A DNA stretch of 49,175 nucleotides, filler included, from Jimgerdemannia flammicorona (taxonomy: Eukaryota), in NCBI GenBank assembly GCA_003990765.1. It is 2 parts of 2 records of this genome, joined end to end, with 100 filler letters (N's around TTAATTAATTAA, not from the genome) between each part and the next. Parts side by side here need not be neighbours in the genome. Positions count along the whole stretch, not along the records: positions 1 to 24,538 come from RBNJ01000962.1; 1 more part is not named here. The stretch is one strand, 5' to 3'. A program made the position numbers and the translations under genes. The notes below the pieces were generated by a model. The model saw only the letters and a program-made list of their open reading frames with translations. It did not search any database and was not told where the DNA came from. This document shows positions 1 to 13,591 of the stretch, piece by piece; within the stretch, counting starts at the first letter, position 1, and every line of letters starts with the position of its first letter.

Positions 1-117
1 CAAATGGCAAAGTCTAAGTAAAAATAAAAAAAAAAAAAAAAAAAAAACAAATTCCCCTACTTCACCCAATTTTTGACCAATTCAATGCTTACTACTATTT
101 ATCTCCAAAGGAAATTT

Positions 118-292
118 CAGGGGGTATCTCAGCATCCTCAGTATCCTCAGCATCCTTAGTATCCCTGGTATCTCTAACATCCTTGATATTTCTAATATCT
201 TCAGCATCTCTGGCATTTCTGGCATCTTTGGTATCCCTAGCATCTCCAGTATCTCTGGCATCCCCAGCATTCCCAACTTCAGCATCCTTGTC
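118..292. repeat. Degenerate 9-bp tandem repeat (CAGCATCCT-like)
   Basis: Seen: cagcatcct/cagtatcct/ggcatctct units repeated about 18 times; explains low-complexity ORFs 82..285 and 183..554. Confidence 0.8.
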
Positions 293-299
293 AGTTTTG

Positions 300-997
300 A
301 AATTACCTAGAATAGATGAAGGTCAGATGAATCTGGGTCAATCTAGGATATATTTTAGACTTAGAGAATTTCAGTTTGAACAAAATGTAGCAAAAGTCAG
401 TAACATATTTTTTAGCCAATGTATAAGCTCTCCTATTTACACTGATCAAGACATGATATCTGTTTTACTCTGCATCATTAAACATAAAGACAGTATACCT
501 CAAAATCTAGAGGCTTGTTCTATAATTTGGCTTATAGTATTGGAGTTCTGCTAGAGTTTAATATAATGATAGTGTTTTACTCAAATCAGCCATATGGTTC
601 AATAGTTATTGGGTTTTGAATAGTTTATCTCTGAGTATTTGTCACAGAACCTTGGAAGCTGTGCACTGCTATAACAATTTTTTTGGAAACTTAGGGAAGA
701 AAAAAAATCTTTAGATATTTTATATATTTGATAGCTGATTTTCATATTATGTCTTAGTTTTTAAATATTTGATAGAAGTTTGGCAGATATAGTATCCTTT
801 CTTCAGGTTTTTTTTTAACTAAAGAATTGCTCTTTTTGATTTGTACTGGTTGACTCCTAGTTCAGTTTGGTTTATTATCTAAAGAATTTACTAGGATTCT
901 AGCTCCTAAGATGAATTTGAACTGGCTTGAATCAGTCACATATGTAGTTGGCAAATTTGAATCAGATTCAAATTTTCCTAACTCAATTAGAGTACTA
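300..997 (-). mobile_element. Possible decayed hAT-like DNA transposon end
   Basis: Seen: the segment ends in TAGAGTACTA (reverse complement TAGTACTCTA), resembling the TAGTGCTCTG terminus of the hAT at 4624, and abuts the Gypsy fragment. Minus-strand translation only vaguely resembles a hAT C-terminus (inference). Confidence 0.3.
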
Positions 998-1007
998 GAT
1001 TCTAAAA

Positions 1008-3302
1008 CTCTTCTACCTCATTACTTTTGAGAGTAATGGTGAATTGGGCTTCTGTAGCCACTATGGCCTCTAGTACATTCATATGACAGACTGACAATTT
1101 CTTAAAGTCTGAGACTCTGGTATACTCTAAGTTAGAGATTGACCAAGATGTATACCTAAAGACCTAATGGAACTTTTTAGCTATCCTCAATTCATATACA
1201 TATATCTATAGGGGTGGTATCTTGTATCTCCTGGAGACAGGTCTGAGAGAATTTCTAGCAAAGGAGGTTTCCTATTTTATATTCCTGCTATATCCAGGGG
1301 CATTTGGTACCAGTAGTGATCCTTGTCTCTATTTTATAATAGTAGAAGATAAAGTGATAAGAGTTACCAGTATCCAGGTTAAGGCTATAAATCCTTCTGG
1401 TATAGATCCTCATGGCTCTCCTATGTCTTGGAATATTCTTTCTTAAACTGAGAATTCTTGGTGGTTTCTGGACCTTGAGGTTTGGCAAATAGTAGGCATT
1501 TGTTTATAGTGAGTCTTTTGAACTATTTTGGGATTTTGTGAGTCTTGTTTGAGTTGCTGCTGCTGCAGTTTCTTGGTCCTTCTTATATTTCTTGAGATAT
1601 CTATCTTGTAGTCATTATGACTTATACTAGATGAGTTATATTATATAATCTTCTTATGTTCTGATCTGATAGCTTATAAGAAAAGGCTATCTTCTGTGAT
1701 AATGTCACCATTCTAAGATTACTATTATATCTTTCTCCTAAATAAGAATCTTCTCTTGAATATCCTTATTCATTGGTTCAGTCTGAAAAGTTTTCTGATC
1801 CCATAACCTCTAGTAGGGGGTCAAAAAGTAGTATTTATGGGCTAGTGTTTTCCTTATATATTTTGGCACAATGGTGGAGGATCACTCCCTTTATATAGAG
1901 TAAGGGCCTGATTCTGATCTTGATCAATCAGTTGATAGTTCAAACTCCTTGACTTCAAAAGTCTCATAGAAGAGTAGTTACTGATACTATATCTCTTAGA
2001 GAATGATCCAGACAGATTGTCTGCTGGTCACAGGACATGCTGTTATGATTCATAGACTAGAACCTCATAGATGGTCATTATATTTTACTTCTCTTATATA
2101 TGTTCATAGTACTTCTTAAGTCTGTTCCTATATACCATAGTAGGCAGTATAGTCTCTGAGAGTTTTCTAAGCCAGAAGGCAGTTCCCTTAATATCTTACA
2201 CATAGAAGAGTTCTTCCCATTTAGGCTCCAGTTTTCATAACCACAAGGCTTCTACTATATTTCAATATAGTAAAACCTTTTCTCCAATTTGAATGGGTTT
2301 TAGGGTCTTGTGATTCTTTTCTACATTCTTTCTTATTAGTACTTGTAACTTGATGTAATCTTCTGCCTTCTTCTTGATTTGGTATAGTCTCCAGATTTCT
2401 GAGTCAATCTATCACTAAGTTAGGTCTAGATTTATGGCTGAGGTTTCATCAGAATCTTCTTCTCCAAAGAGCAGTTCTCTTGAGATAAAGTATATACTCT
2501 GTGACTATATATCTTGTAGGATGGAGAGGACAGTTAAGGGATAGTTATCCCAATTCTCATATGTGTCTGAGATCTTGCTCAGAATGTTCTTGAGAGTCTT
2601 ATTGGTTCTTTCTGTCTGTCCATTTCCTTAAGAGTAATATACAGTAGTCTTGATATGCTGAATCTTGTATTTCTGATATATTATCTCATAAAATCTGTTG
2701 ACAAATTCTGTACCACAGTCTGTGGTGATTTGCCTTGGTGTCTTATAGCAGTAGATGATTTCTCAGTATAGGAAGTCAGTAATAGAGAGAGTATTGGCTT
2801 CTTGTAATACTCCTGCTTCTATCTATTTAGTAAAGAGATTTACAATAACTATAATATAATAGTTTCCTGATAGAGTTACTGGTAGTGGTCTAATGATATC
2901 TATTGCAATGTGGTAAAAGGGGATAGGTTTGATTCTTGATCATCTGGATGCCTGATCTTACTGATCTTATTTCTGTTTTTTGGCACTTATCATACTCTTT
3001 GACAAATTGGCACAGGTCTTCTTCTATCTTAGACCACTATATAATTCTTCTTACCTTGTCATATATATTGATTTCTCTTAAGTATCCTTATTTGTATACT
3101 TCCTTCATTACTTAATACTTCTTATATTTGGATATAATAAGCTTTTCTTCTTTTCTGAGTATAGTTTTGTCTAGTTTGAATTGTTTTCAAGTCTGGTTGA
3201 TAATAGTGATAGTCTAGGGTTCAAGATGGTTGAGCATCTTCTACTACCCAAGATAGCTAATTAATCCATAGTATAGCTCCTTATTTATATTAAATAGTCT
3301 TG
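1008..3302 (-). mobile_element. Truncated, more decayed copy of the Gypsy-1 family (integrase, 3' internal region, partial LTR with ORF3)
   Basis: Seen: colinear similarity to 14946-17247 (e.g. tcttctacctcattacttttgagagtaatgg vs tcttctacttcttcactattgagagtaatag). LTR boundary at about 1729; differences are mostly transitions. Confidence 0.9.
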
Positions 3303-4649
3303 GCATCAATAAGCTCTTGATAATAATATAAGGACTATATGAGCTATGCTGAAGTATATAAATATACATATATCATAATATCTTCTAGAGAGCTAAGTAT
3401 ATATAATGAAGTTATAACTAATTCTGATAGCAAGAAATGGAAACAAGTGATGGATGAGGAATATAATTCACTTATTAAGAATGATATATGAGATCTCATT
3501 TCTCTTCTATCTAATCATCAAGCAATCAGATTCAAGTAGGTATATAGGATAAAATGCAATGCAAATAGTGACATAAAGTAGTATAAAGCTCATTTTGTTA
3601 TCAAGGACTACTTGCAAGATCATGGCATAGATTATGATGAAATATTTTTATCAGTATTCAAGCTTACTTTACTTAGAACACTCCTTGCAATCAGTATGCT
3701 ATACAACCTAAAGATCCATCAGATAGATATTAAGACAGCTTTCTTAAATAGTGATGTAGATACTGAACTATATATTCATCAACCACAAGAATATAAACTA
3801 TATGACAACTAGAATGGTGAGCTTATATGCAAACTATATAAAGAATTATATGGTATTAAGCAAGTATCACACCTATTAAATAAAAGGATTGACAAACATC
3901 TCCTTAACAATAGATTTAAGTAATGTAAAGCAGACAATTACATATACATCTAGTATTATGATGATGGCATAGTATTCATTAGTATATAAGTTGATGATAT
4001 AATTATCATAGCTAGCAAGAATAGGCTTAATAGAGTAAAGAAAACTCTATACCAAGAATTCAAGATGATAGACATGGGCAATACATCCTTCTTTTTGGAG
4101 ATATTTATTATATATAATAGGAATATATATACTATATATCTCTCATAAGAAACTTATATCAAAGCCATTCTCAAATATTAATTGCAAGCCTGTTGGCACT
4201 TCTATGGATACTTCTATAAAATTAAGAAAGCCCAATAATATGTCTAAGAAAGATAATAATAATGCACCTGCCAAAAATAGTACTAAAGACAACAATAATA
4301 TTCCCTATTAACAAGTAGTTAGTTTGCTTATATATTTAATACTTAGAATAAGGTCTGATATATCATATTATGAATAAGGTAGTATAGTATTCCTCTTACT
4401 ATAATAACTCATATTGGAGTACTATTAAAAGAATTTTTAGATATCTTAAGAGTATAGCATACTATATGCTCACTCTTAGTGATATTGAAATAAGCAGGAG
4501 CAATGGCATCTAGCTATCTAGCACTTGTAATGCCAATTAGACCAGAGACTTAGATGATCACTGGTCTATAACTAGATATCTCTTTCACATTAGTAAAAGG
4601 TCCATAATCTTGTAGCAAACATGTAGTGCTCTGCAAATCTGATCTGATT

Positions 4650-4992
4650 AACCTGAAACCCAACCCGTAAAACAGTCAACCCAGAATTAGACATCACCTG
4701 TCTTTAACTTAACCCAGAATTATATGTTACCCATCTTTAACCCAACCTGGAATTATATATCACCTGTCTTTAACCTGACCCAGAATTGTATATTACCTGA
4801 TCCAGAAAGATACATTACCTATCTTTAACCTGATCCAGAATTAAACATAACCCATCTTTAACCTAACTTGGAAATATATATCACCCAACCTATTATTTAC
4901 CCTTAATCCAAACCTGGATCTGACCTCTGAATCCAACCCTGAACCTAACTTCTAAACCTGACCCTGAACCCAACCCTCTGAACTCTGCCCTG
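4650..4992. repeat. hAT subterminal ~37-bp tandem array (left)
   Basis: Seen: repeated aacc(t/c)(g/a)acccagaatta....tcacct(g/a)tcttt units, decaying into AACCCTGA units. Confidence 0.85.
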
Positions 4993-5029
4993 AAAAAATG
5001 ATTTAGATAATATTTGGATTATATTTAGA

Positions 5030-7331
5030 GCAATTGGAAGTAAAAAATATCTGAAGACCACCAAGAATCTAAACACATATATGTACAAATTGTATTTATA
5101 CATACATATATAAGCTGTTTCAATGTTCAGTTACCAGCTTACCAGCAATAGAAAAAATACATTCAGATAGAACAGATATCGCTGAAATAGCAAGATAATC
5201 ATGAGCTATTTATGAAAGATTAAGATAAACCAACTGATTTCACTGCCACCAATCCAGTATATCTATATGAGGATCAGCTGGATTCTCTGACAAATAACTG
5301 AAATAGAGAAATATAAGTGAAAATTAACCAAGCTAACCAAAAAACTTAAAAACAACACCTACTATTCAAGCTCATCATCCACATTGACATGCTGTTTCTT
5401 TTTATATATTGAGTTGATAAAATCATCAGCATCATGGGATATTGAGAGTATAATGACAGCATTAACAGGCTTATACTCTTTTTTCCAGATATATTCCATC
5501 TGATTCTTCTATTTATCAATTAAGGATTTTTTCCATTGCTCATAATGGAAATAACATATGTTGATATATAGATCTAAGGCTGAAGCTATACTATATAATG
5601 GTGTTGTCTTACAGTAATACTTTAGAAGTTTCATATGTGTATTCTCAGCAGTGGTAAGTATTATCTATAAAAAATAAATAAAATTACTTTTAAAATCATA
5701 TATATATCTGATTAAAATATTCACCAGTTTGATATATATCAACAACATCTTCAAGATAATCACATAGCCAATTAAATAGTAGAATAATGGCTACTATTAT
5801 AAGATACTTTGAAGCTGACATCATGGTTGTCACTTTGGCAAAAGGCTCAAGAAATTGACAAATCAATTCAAATTGTTATCATGCATCTTCAGATATATTG
5901 CTCATTTGCTTATCTATGACACACAATATATCCAAGCCCTATTTGGATATAATATCAATTTATTTAGTACCAAAATACTTCTAAATCATATTCCAAAATC
6001 TATATAAATAGATTCAAAATCTTATCTTATGAATCTCCAGAGCATGTACTAATATTTCATATGTAGAACTCTATCTTATCATAATATTTAAGAGAGGCTT
6101 CAAAATGGGAATTCTGGAGGATTCACAGACCTTCACTAGTTGTGCTTGTCATTATGCTGAATTTTTGATCTTCTTTATCAACTCCCATAGCTTTCCAATG
6201 GGCTTGCTAAGAGAACTAAGAGCATCATGAATGACAAGATTTAACATATGCCTGAAACAGTATATATGAGTGAGCAGATGATGGAGATTCTCAAATAGAG
6301 TATTGTTGTTACTGGCATTGTTACACACAATAGCAATAATTTGATTGTCACTAGGCAATAAATCATCTATTACTAGCTCCAGACTTTTCGCAAGATTGGC
6401 ACCTGTGTGTATTATTTCACTGATATTCACAAAGTCTAAGATAATGTCATGTATCTTCCAATCACTGTCAATCCAATGAGCTGTTATTCCAAGGAAGGCC
6501 TTAATGTTAACATCTAATATCCAACAATCAAGTATAAGTAACACCTTCAACTTGAGCCCTGCTAGCCTTACTTTCACTTGAGTCTGCAATAGTTTGAATT
6601 TCTTTCAAATAACTCATGAAATCATATCGATGGAAGGGCCAGATTAGGGTATAATATGGAAGGAGATACTTGAAGCCAGTATTTTCGATAGTAGAAAATG
6701 GCTGATATCCAGTGATAATGAAGTTGGCAATTAACTGATGGAAATTTTCATCACTTAAAGTCTTACTAGTGTGTTCCTATTTGTAATAATAAAATTTGAT
6801 AAATTATTTTTCTAATAACCTCCTAAGTACTTCCTGAATTCCATTCTATCTATACTTACAATATCATCTTTCTTAGACCAGCGAGGATTCTCAGCACACT
6901 AGAGAGGTAAGAGTATGACATTGTGATGATTTCAGAGATATTGTTTAAGATTGTTGATATTGCTATCCTTCGATATATAGCTCCAAGTCATGCAATGGTT
7001 GCAACTAATGAGCTTACTTTGTAAATTCTATTTGAATAGAGAGATATGAGACTATATTAGAACCTCAACCACTTACAACTGACCACCTACCCTTACAACT
7101 GATGAGACCAACTACCCTTATGAATGCAACCATTAGCACAATATATAAAACTACCTTTGTGGCATGATTCCACACCCAGCTATCACCAGGTTTTGTTTTT
7201 ATTTTTATTCTCATACTTATTAGTGATAATGAACTAGTGGAGATATCTGATATATTCTCTGATATATTCTCCAATATATCATCTGATGGTTCTGAGATTT
7301 CTCCTAAATGTACTTCTTGATCTTTAGACAT
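5030..7331 (-). pseudogene. hAT transposase pseudogene (BED-type Zn finger, DDE catalytic core, C-terminal dimerisation domain), probably intron-containing
   Basis: Seen: SWVWNHATK...ISCNHC (BED-like), LILDCWILDVNIKAFLGITAHWIDSDW and IVCNNASNN (hAT catalytic core), LDWWQ...AHDYLAISAISVLSECIFS (dimerisation domain). Stops present. Confidence 0.88.
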
Positions 7332-7696
7332 TTTGAAAAGTGTTTGATGATGGTAGAGACTGAGAGCTTGAGTGGGAGGCTGAGAGCTGGAAAGTGGCTA
7401 GGAAGTGGTGAGCTAGAGAGTGGCAAACTAGGAAATGAGCTGGGGGCAGTGAACTAGAGGGCAGGGAGTTGGGGGGAGGTGGCAAGCAGTGGGAAAAGCC
7501 AGGAACTGTGGGGCCTAGAATAGGAGTCAGCAAGCTGGGGGATAGTGAGATGGAGAGCAGCAAGGTGGTGGCATAAGGTGCAATAGCCAATGATCAATTA
7601 TGGATAGAGAATGGATGAATAAATACATATGGGTGGTGAACTGGTACCCATTACATAACTGTAAACAACAAATATACTTTGGAGATTCAGCATATT

Positions 7697-8183
7697 CTAT
7701 ATGATTCAGCATGTTCTGTATAAGCCCCGATTGAGTAAGGTTTGTAATGATGTTTGAGCAAGATTTGTTGTACATTTGAGTGAGATTTGCAGTAAGATTC
7801 AAGCAAGATTTGCAAGCAAGATTAAAGTGAGATTTGCAAACAAGATTAAAGCAAGATTGGCATATAAGATTAAAGTGAGATTGGTATAAGCCAGGCTTTG
7901 CAAACCTTGTACTTATAAGTCTAGACAAGCTTAGTCACAAGCTGATATAATATATATATAAGCTGATATCACATAATATCAGCTATTGGCTGAGCTTGTA
8001 AGTGCAAAGCTTGCAAAGCCTGGCTTATTCAAAATCTTGCTTTAATCTTACTTGCAAATCTCACTTAAACCTCACTGCAAATCTTGCTGCAAATCTCACT
8101 CAAATGTACCACAAACCTTACTCAAATGTCATTACAAACCTCACTCAATCAGGGCTTATGCAGAACTTACTGAATCATGCAGA
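7697..8183. repeat. Long imperfect inverted repeat (hairpin 1) inside the hAT
   Basis: Seen: 7697-7919 is the approximate reverse complement of 7996-8183 (atgattcagcatgttctgtataagccccgattgag vs ctcaatcagggcttatgcagaacttactgaatcat). Confidence 0.85.
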
Positions 8184-8184
8184 T

Positions 8185-8386
8185 AGGAGTGGAATACAGT
8201 GAGGAAAGCTCTGGATTGCAAGCATAAGCATAAGCATAAGTATAAGCTTTGCTCTGCTCAGTCTGACAAGCTAATAATAAGCTAATATCATGTGATATCA
8301 GCTATCAGCTGAGCAGAACAAAGCTTGTGCTTACACTTATACTTACACTTACAATTCGAAGCTTTTCTCACTATGTTCTACTCCTC
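8185..8386. repeat. Imperfect inverted repeat (hairpin 2) inside the hAT
   Basis: Seen: aggagtggaatacagtgaggaaagc pairs with gcttttctcactatgttctactcct; (GCATAA)n pairs with (TTACAC/TTATAC)n. Confidence 0.8.
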
Positions 8387-8717
8387 TTGCATTCTACTCC
8401 TCTTGTATAACCCTCACATATTCCTCTATCTCCCTTACTCTCATTCCTCAGATTGCAAATAATATGCAATTTAGAAATGGGTTTCAAAAGAGATTTTGAA
8501 GAGATTCCAAAAGAGATTTCAAAGAAATTCTGAAAGAGCTTCTGAAAGAGATTTCAGAGAGATTCCAAAAGAGCTTCTGAAAGATATTATAGCTTTTGAA
8601 CATTTAAGATATTAAAAGCTTACTTTCACCTCTCATTCTTTTTGTCTCATCTTTCACTTTACCTTGTTCTTTGCTTCACCTCACTTAATTCACTGCTATA
8701 TTGAGAAAATATAGATA

Positions 8718-10010
8718 TGACTGCCTGACCAATAAGTATTTACTTGGTCCCCCCCAAGCTCAACATGCTTCAGCTCACTGTCCCAAAGCTTGGTGCCCTA
8801 AAGATATCTAGCTTGCCAACACCCAGCCTGTCAAGCTTGCCAACACCCAGCCTGCTGAGCTTGCTGACACCCAGCCTGCTGAGCTTGCCAACACCCAGGT
8901 TGCCAAGCTTGCCGACTCCCAGCTTGCCAACCCTCAGCTCTCTGATCTCCAGCTTGACCACCAGCTCGCTGCCAGTCTGCAAGCATAAGGTCCACCACTA
9001 GATCCCAATAACATAGCTCAAAAAAGTTAGTTTTTTTTTTTTTTTCTTTTTAAATCAATGTCTATATTTTTTTCCTAATAACATTTAAAATATATATATC
9101 CTCCAGCTTCTAAGCCTGGGCCAGAGTGCAAATCTTGCTACAATTGCCATTTTTATCATCAAGTTTGCCCAAGCACTATCTGAAAGCATTGCCAAACCAA
9201 TTTCCCAGATACCCCAAATCTCACAGAGAAAAGAGCTTATAAATTGAACATTAGACATACTTTCACTACAGCCAATAAATGCATTAAGAAAGTACATGAT
9301 GACCAACTGAGGCAAGAAGTCATAAGAGTGATAGAAAACTATGTGAAAATTGTGGAATGTTTGTCATACCACACTGGCTTCAAGGTGAATGCTAAAGTAT
9401 AGAACAAGCAAGGTTATTCAGATGGAATTGTCATCATGGATGAACATGAAAAAACTGCTGGCCATATTTGAACAAGTACTAGTGAAGAATGACAAAATGC
9501 TTTATATATAACTAATAGATAACAGGCTTGTGCATTTTATTGAGAGGGATAGTAGTAGAGGAGATGGAGAGGTGGGAGAGGTCAGTACTGGTAGAGGGGT
9601 CAGTGCTAGTAGAGAGGTTGGTGGAGAGGTTGGTACAGGGGAGGTCAGCATGGAGGAGGTCAGTGCAGGGGAGGTTTGCATAGAGGAATATGGAGAGATC
9701 AGTGTGGGGGAGATTGGTATAGGAGAGATCAGTACAGAGGAACATGAAGAGGTCAGTACAGGGGAGGTTGGCATGGAGGAACATGGGGAGGTCAGCATAG
9801 GAAAGGTTGGTACAGAGAAACATGAAAGGTCAGTGCAGAGAAATACAGAGAGGTCAGTGTAGAGGAACATGGAGAGATCAGTGCAGAGGACAAAATAAAG
9901 GTTGATATAGAGGAGTTTAGTACAGAGGAGGATATAGAGAAGGATATAGAGGAAAGTGGTTTGGAATATGAGAAGGAGGAGGATCAGTTGGTTTATAGCA
10001 ATAAAGAGTA
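8718..10010 (+). pseudogene. Putative second (cargo) gene of the hAT: repeat-rich N-terminus, Cys-rich middle, acidic 15/24-bp repeat C-terminus
   Basis: Seen: 24-bp repeats at 8810-8960, an intron-like GTTAG-polyT at ~9026, a frame reading ECKSCYNCHFYHQVCPSTI*KHCQ...LRQEVIRVIENYVKIVECL from ~9100 with sparse stops, and E/G-rich repeats 9550-9990. Confidence 0.45.
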
Positions 10011-10169
10011 AGATCTGTTCACACCAGTAAGTTTTTTATTTTTCTGATTTACTTCCTATTTATTTCCGATTTCATTTTGATTTCTGATTCCTAATTATAT
10101 TTCTGTTTGTTTATTCTAAATATATATCTTAGATGTATAATATATTTTTTTTGGTGCCTTGTAGCTTAA

Positions 10170-10400
10170 AGGTGGATTAAAGACAGATTATATATAATTC
10201 CAAGTTGAGTTAAAGATGGGTGATATATGTTTCCAGGTCAGGTTAAAGATGGGTGACATTTAATTCTAGGTCGGGTTAATAACAGATAACATATAATTTT
10301 GGGTTGGGTTAAAGATGGGTGACATATATTTCTAGGTCAGGTTAAAGACAGGTGATATATAATTCTGAGTCAGATTAAATATGTCCATAGGTCAGCTTAG
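10170..10400. repeat. hAT subterminal ~37-bp tandem array (right), inverted relative to the left array
   Basis: Seen: repeated ggtcaggttaaagatgggtgacat....ttct units. Confidence 0.85.
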
Positions 10401-11255
10401 GTTACGATATACTACAAACATGAAAGCAATTCTCTGTTATAACCTCATCTATATAAGCTAAATATCAGGCATTGTTATTGGTATAAAGGAAGTCATTTGG
10501 CTTTATGAACTACTAAAGGAGCTCGTTTCACTCAGGAGAATTTTACACTAATTAAGAAAAATAACCAATTGATGATAGCACTCACCAAGAATCCAGTATA
10601 CTATAGCAGAATGAAACATATCAATATATAGTACTACTTTGTTCACAAATACATAGAAAATAGTACTATATACTTAGAATATATCCCCATAGAGTATATA
10701 ACTGTCAATTTACTTACTAAAGTCCTTCTAAGGCCGAAATTTGAGCAATGCATTAAAGGAATACATCTTATACCAGCTCTCAATTGATCACTAGATACTT
10801 TTCAGACAATTAAAAGTCTCATACTATATATACATTAGTTATATTCCTCATCCACAAGTGGATTATATAGATAATATTATATTGTATTTTGGTAAATATT
10901 TTGGATATTTTGGAACACCTTTTGATTTGTAAAAATACCTTAAATATAGGATTTTATATTTTAGTATTTGGGTTACATAAAGTTCTAGCTCTTTTTTTAT
11001 ATATGTTATGTATTATTCTTTTTTTTTTTTCTAGTTTGCATTCTTTTTTTTTTTAGTTTTTTTTTTTTTTTTTTTTAGATACAGTTGATATTCTTTTTTT
11101 GTTTTGGCATATATATCTTGTTGAGTGGGAGTATTGGGATAGTAACTTAATATATCAATATATAATTGGTAATTTCATCAATCTTACATTATTTATCAGT
11201 AATATGTGAAATATATATCCTATGTAAACTCAATAAAAATATCTCTCTTTCTAAT

Positions 11256-13245
11256 ACTTTGAATTTATCCAAAACTTTGCTCTTAGCTAATAGGAAATAT
11301 ATATATACCTTATATATATAGTTATTAATAAATATGATAAAATATCTCTTTTCTCTATAGGAAGTAGTATATATTAGACTATATATATTCATATAAATTA
11401 AATCAAATATACTGAATATAAATTTCATCTACTTCTCAAATAGATATCAGAATACTTTATTTACTATACAATTCTTATAAAAATTATCATTAGAGTATAT
11501 TATTAGTAATTCTTATATATATCTATTTCTAATCATATATCTATTTCTAATTATCCTTTCTAGGCTTGATTTTCCTATATATCTCAAGTATTGATGACAT
11601 ATATTGAATATATCAGACATAGTTATCATATATACAGAGGTCTTTATATCACTTGGCATGTCATTTATTATATAAAGATTACCTCATTTTAATACTATTA
11701 TGATCTCTTTATTATTCTTCAAAATATATACTATTGCTTTCATCAGATATATATATATATCTTTATTACTATAAGCCATCATTTTACTAATTAAAAAGAG
11801 ATTCTTTCTTATCTTTAGAGCATATAATATATTCTGGAAAGTATCAGTAAGCTCTATAATATTCTTATAGAGATATATATTAATATTTTCTCTTTCTTGA
11901 GTATATATAATATTGTTATCACCTAACTTGATAAGTATAGGATATGTATTTGAATGGCTCATATATTAAGAATCATTCTTAGTGAACTATTATATATTAT
12001 ATAGTATCTGAATCTATAAGCCAAATAACATTATTATTAGCAGTATTAATGCTCTTGCTAACTGTAGTCTTATCAGTAGATATATATAGATATTGCTTAT
12101 ATAAAAAATATACCACCATTATTATCAGTTTTGGCAATATTTATATTATACTATTCTTTGCTATTATATATATTTCTTTGTACCCCTCCTATATTACCAA
12201 TGCTGACTTTTATACTTATTTTCATTATTCTTCTTAATATATATTTATACTTATTATAGTAATGGTAGTTTTTGTTGAACTTAGTGAACTTATATTTCTG
12301 ATCTTATTGATATTTCTTATCTCATCTGCATGATCTGTAGAATACTTTCTCATTATTATTATTACTATAATTTTCTTGACACATCTTTTTATTGATGAGC
12401 CTTGTTGTTATATAGGTATAGTTTCCAAGTTTTCTATTCTTATATATGGCTGCTACTATAATATTATATATCTTGGGAAGACCTCATATAAGGGCCAGAA
12501 TCTTGTCTTTATCACTGATATACTTTACTGATATATTTAGAGAATTTACCTAATTCATCAGATTATTAACATAATTGACATATTTATAGATACTCTCTTT
12601 GAGTTTAATTTATAGATAGAATAGTTGAGATTTTAAGTAAAATCAATTTAATAAGAATACTTATATATAATGATTATATAGAATCTCTTATATATTATAG
12701 GCTATTATAGTATATATTATAAGCTTTGTTTACTAGTTTAAAATGTAAAAGTGATCTCTCATAATACTTAGTGATATTTATAATATAACCTTAAATCTAT
12801 ATCTGTGATTTCATATACTCTACCAAGCTATATTTCTTTAGAAGATTACTCATATAGAATACTCAAATAGTATAATTCTTACTTAAAGATAGAAATTGAC
12901 CTCTTGGCTGTATTTATATTTATTATAAAAACTATGACCATTGTATCTATTCTGAGAGTATCTATACCTACTGTATTTAGTGTACTTATATTAATTCCTT
13001 AGTTTGTTGTATGATATCTTAGTATAGAGTCTTAGAGAGATATTTCTTATTAGCTGCTAAGTAGAGCTTATATATGTATAACCTTTATTATAACTTAGTA
13101 GAGTAGGGAGTAGAGATGAAAAGCAGAAGATTATTGTTTATTATTCCAGATAAAAATATTTATATATTGAGTAATGTAACTTAGTTATATATATATATAT
13201 ATATAAGTCATATTATTGAAATATCAAAATAATAAGAATTTCAAC
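11256..13245 (-). mobile_element. Ty1/Copia relic A (5' LTR ~13084-13245, gag, protease, GAG-pre-integrase, start of integrase)
   Basis: Seen: KRYFIIFINNY..KVYIYFLLAKSKVLDKFK (Copia integrase) and FQNILYALKIRKNLFLISK (Copia protease region); inverted homology to 13592-14128 and 22919-24226. Extremely AT-rich. Confidence 0.8.
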
Positions 13246-13591
13246 TGAGATCATTGCTTGGTTCAGAAGTTTGCTGCTAATATAGATAAAAAGAGAGATA
13301 TCTACTATACCTCTGGAGAAAAAGGTTACTATTCCTAAAAATATATAAGTAAAATCTCTAGTAAAGCAATACTATTAAAAACTGTAAACAGACTAATATT
13401 ATCACCTTAGAAGAGATTGAAGAATCAGATAAAGAGTAAGAATAAGAAGTCTATTCTGCTTAGATATCTAAGAAGAATATTCATAAGGAGTCTTATAAGA
13501 GACTATTAAGAAGATCTAAAAAGAACTCAGTTGAAAGACTTATAGAAAAATAACTAGAAATAGGTATAGAAATTGAAATCAGATCTGAGGA
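13246..13591 (+). mobile_element. Small Gypsy gag fragment (decayed CCHC knuckle)
   Basis: Seen: VQKFAANIDKKRDIYYTSGEKGYYS resembles VQRFAAATEEHNITCFRCGEEGCY of Gypsy-1 gag. Confidence 0.5.

Larger units (their letters stand above)
4624..10414 (-). mobile_element. hAT-superfamily DNA transposon, 5.8 kb
   Basis: Seen: perfect 8-bp TSD CAAACATG (4616-4623 and 10415-10422), termini TAGT...ACTA, mutually inverted subterminal arrays. Established: an 8-bp TSD is diagnostic of hAT. Confidence 0.93.
3303..11255 (+). mobile_element. Ty1/Copia retrotransposon relic (RT-RNaseH, PPT, short 3' LTR), interrupted by a hAT at 4624-10414
   Basis: Seen: RT motifs ...GIDYDEIF..., HQIDIKTAFLNSDVDTELYIHQP, I*VDD; RNaseH resumes after 10422; PPT TTGAGTGGGAG at 11121-11131, then an ~125-bp LTR (11132-~11255) that matches ~36000-36126 in inverted orientation. 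Many stop codons. Confidence 0.85.

Noticed and set aside
7324..8202. ORFs 7324..7590, 7527..7928 and 8002..8202
   Set aside because: Products of low-complexity and inverted-repeat DNA with no recognisable domain.
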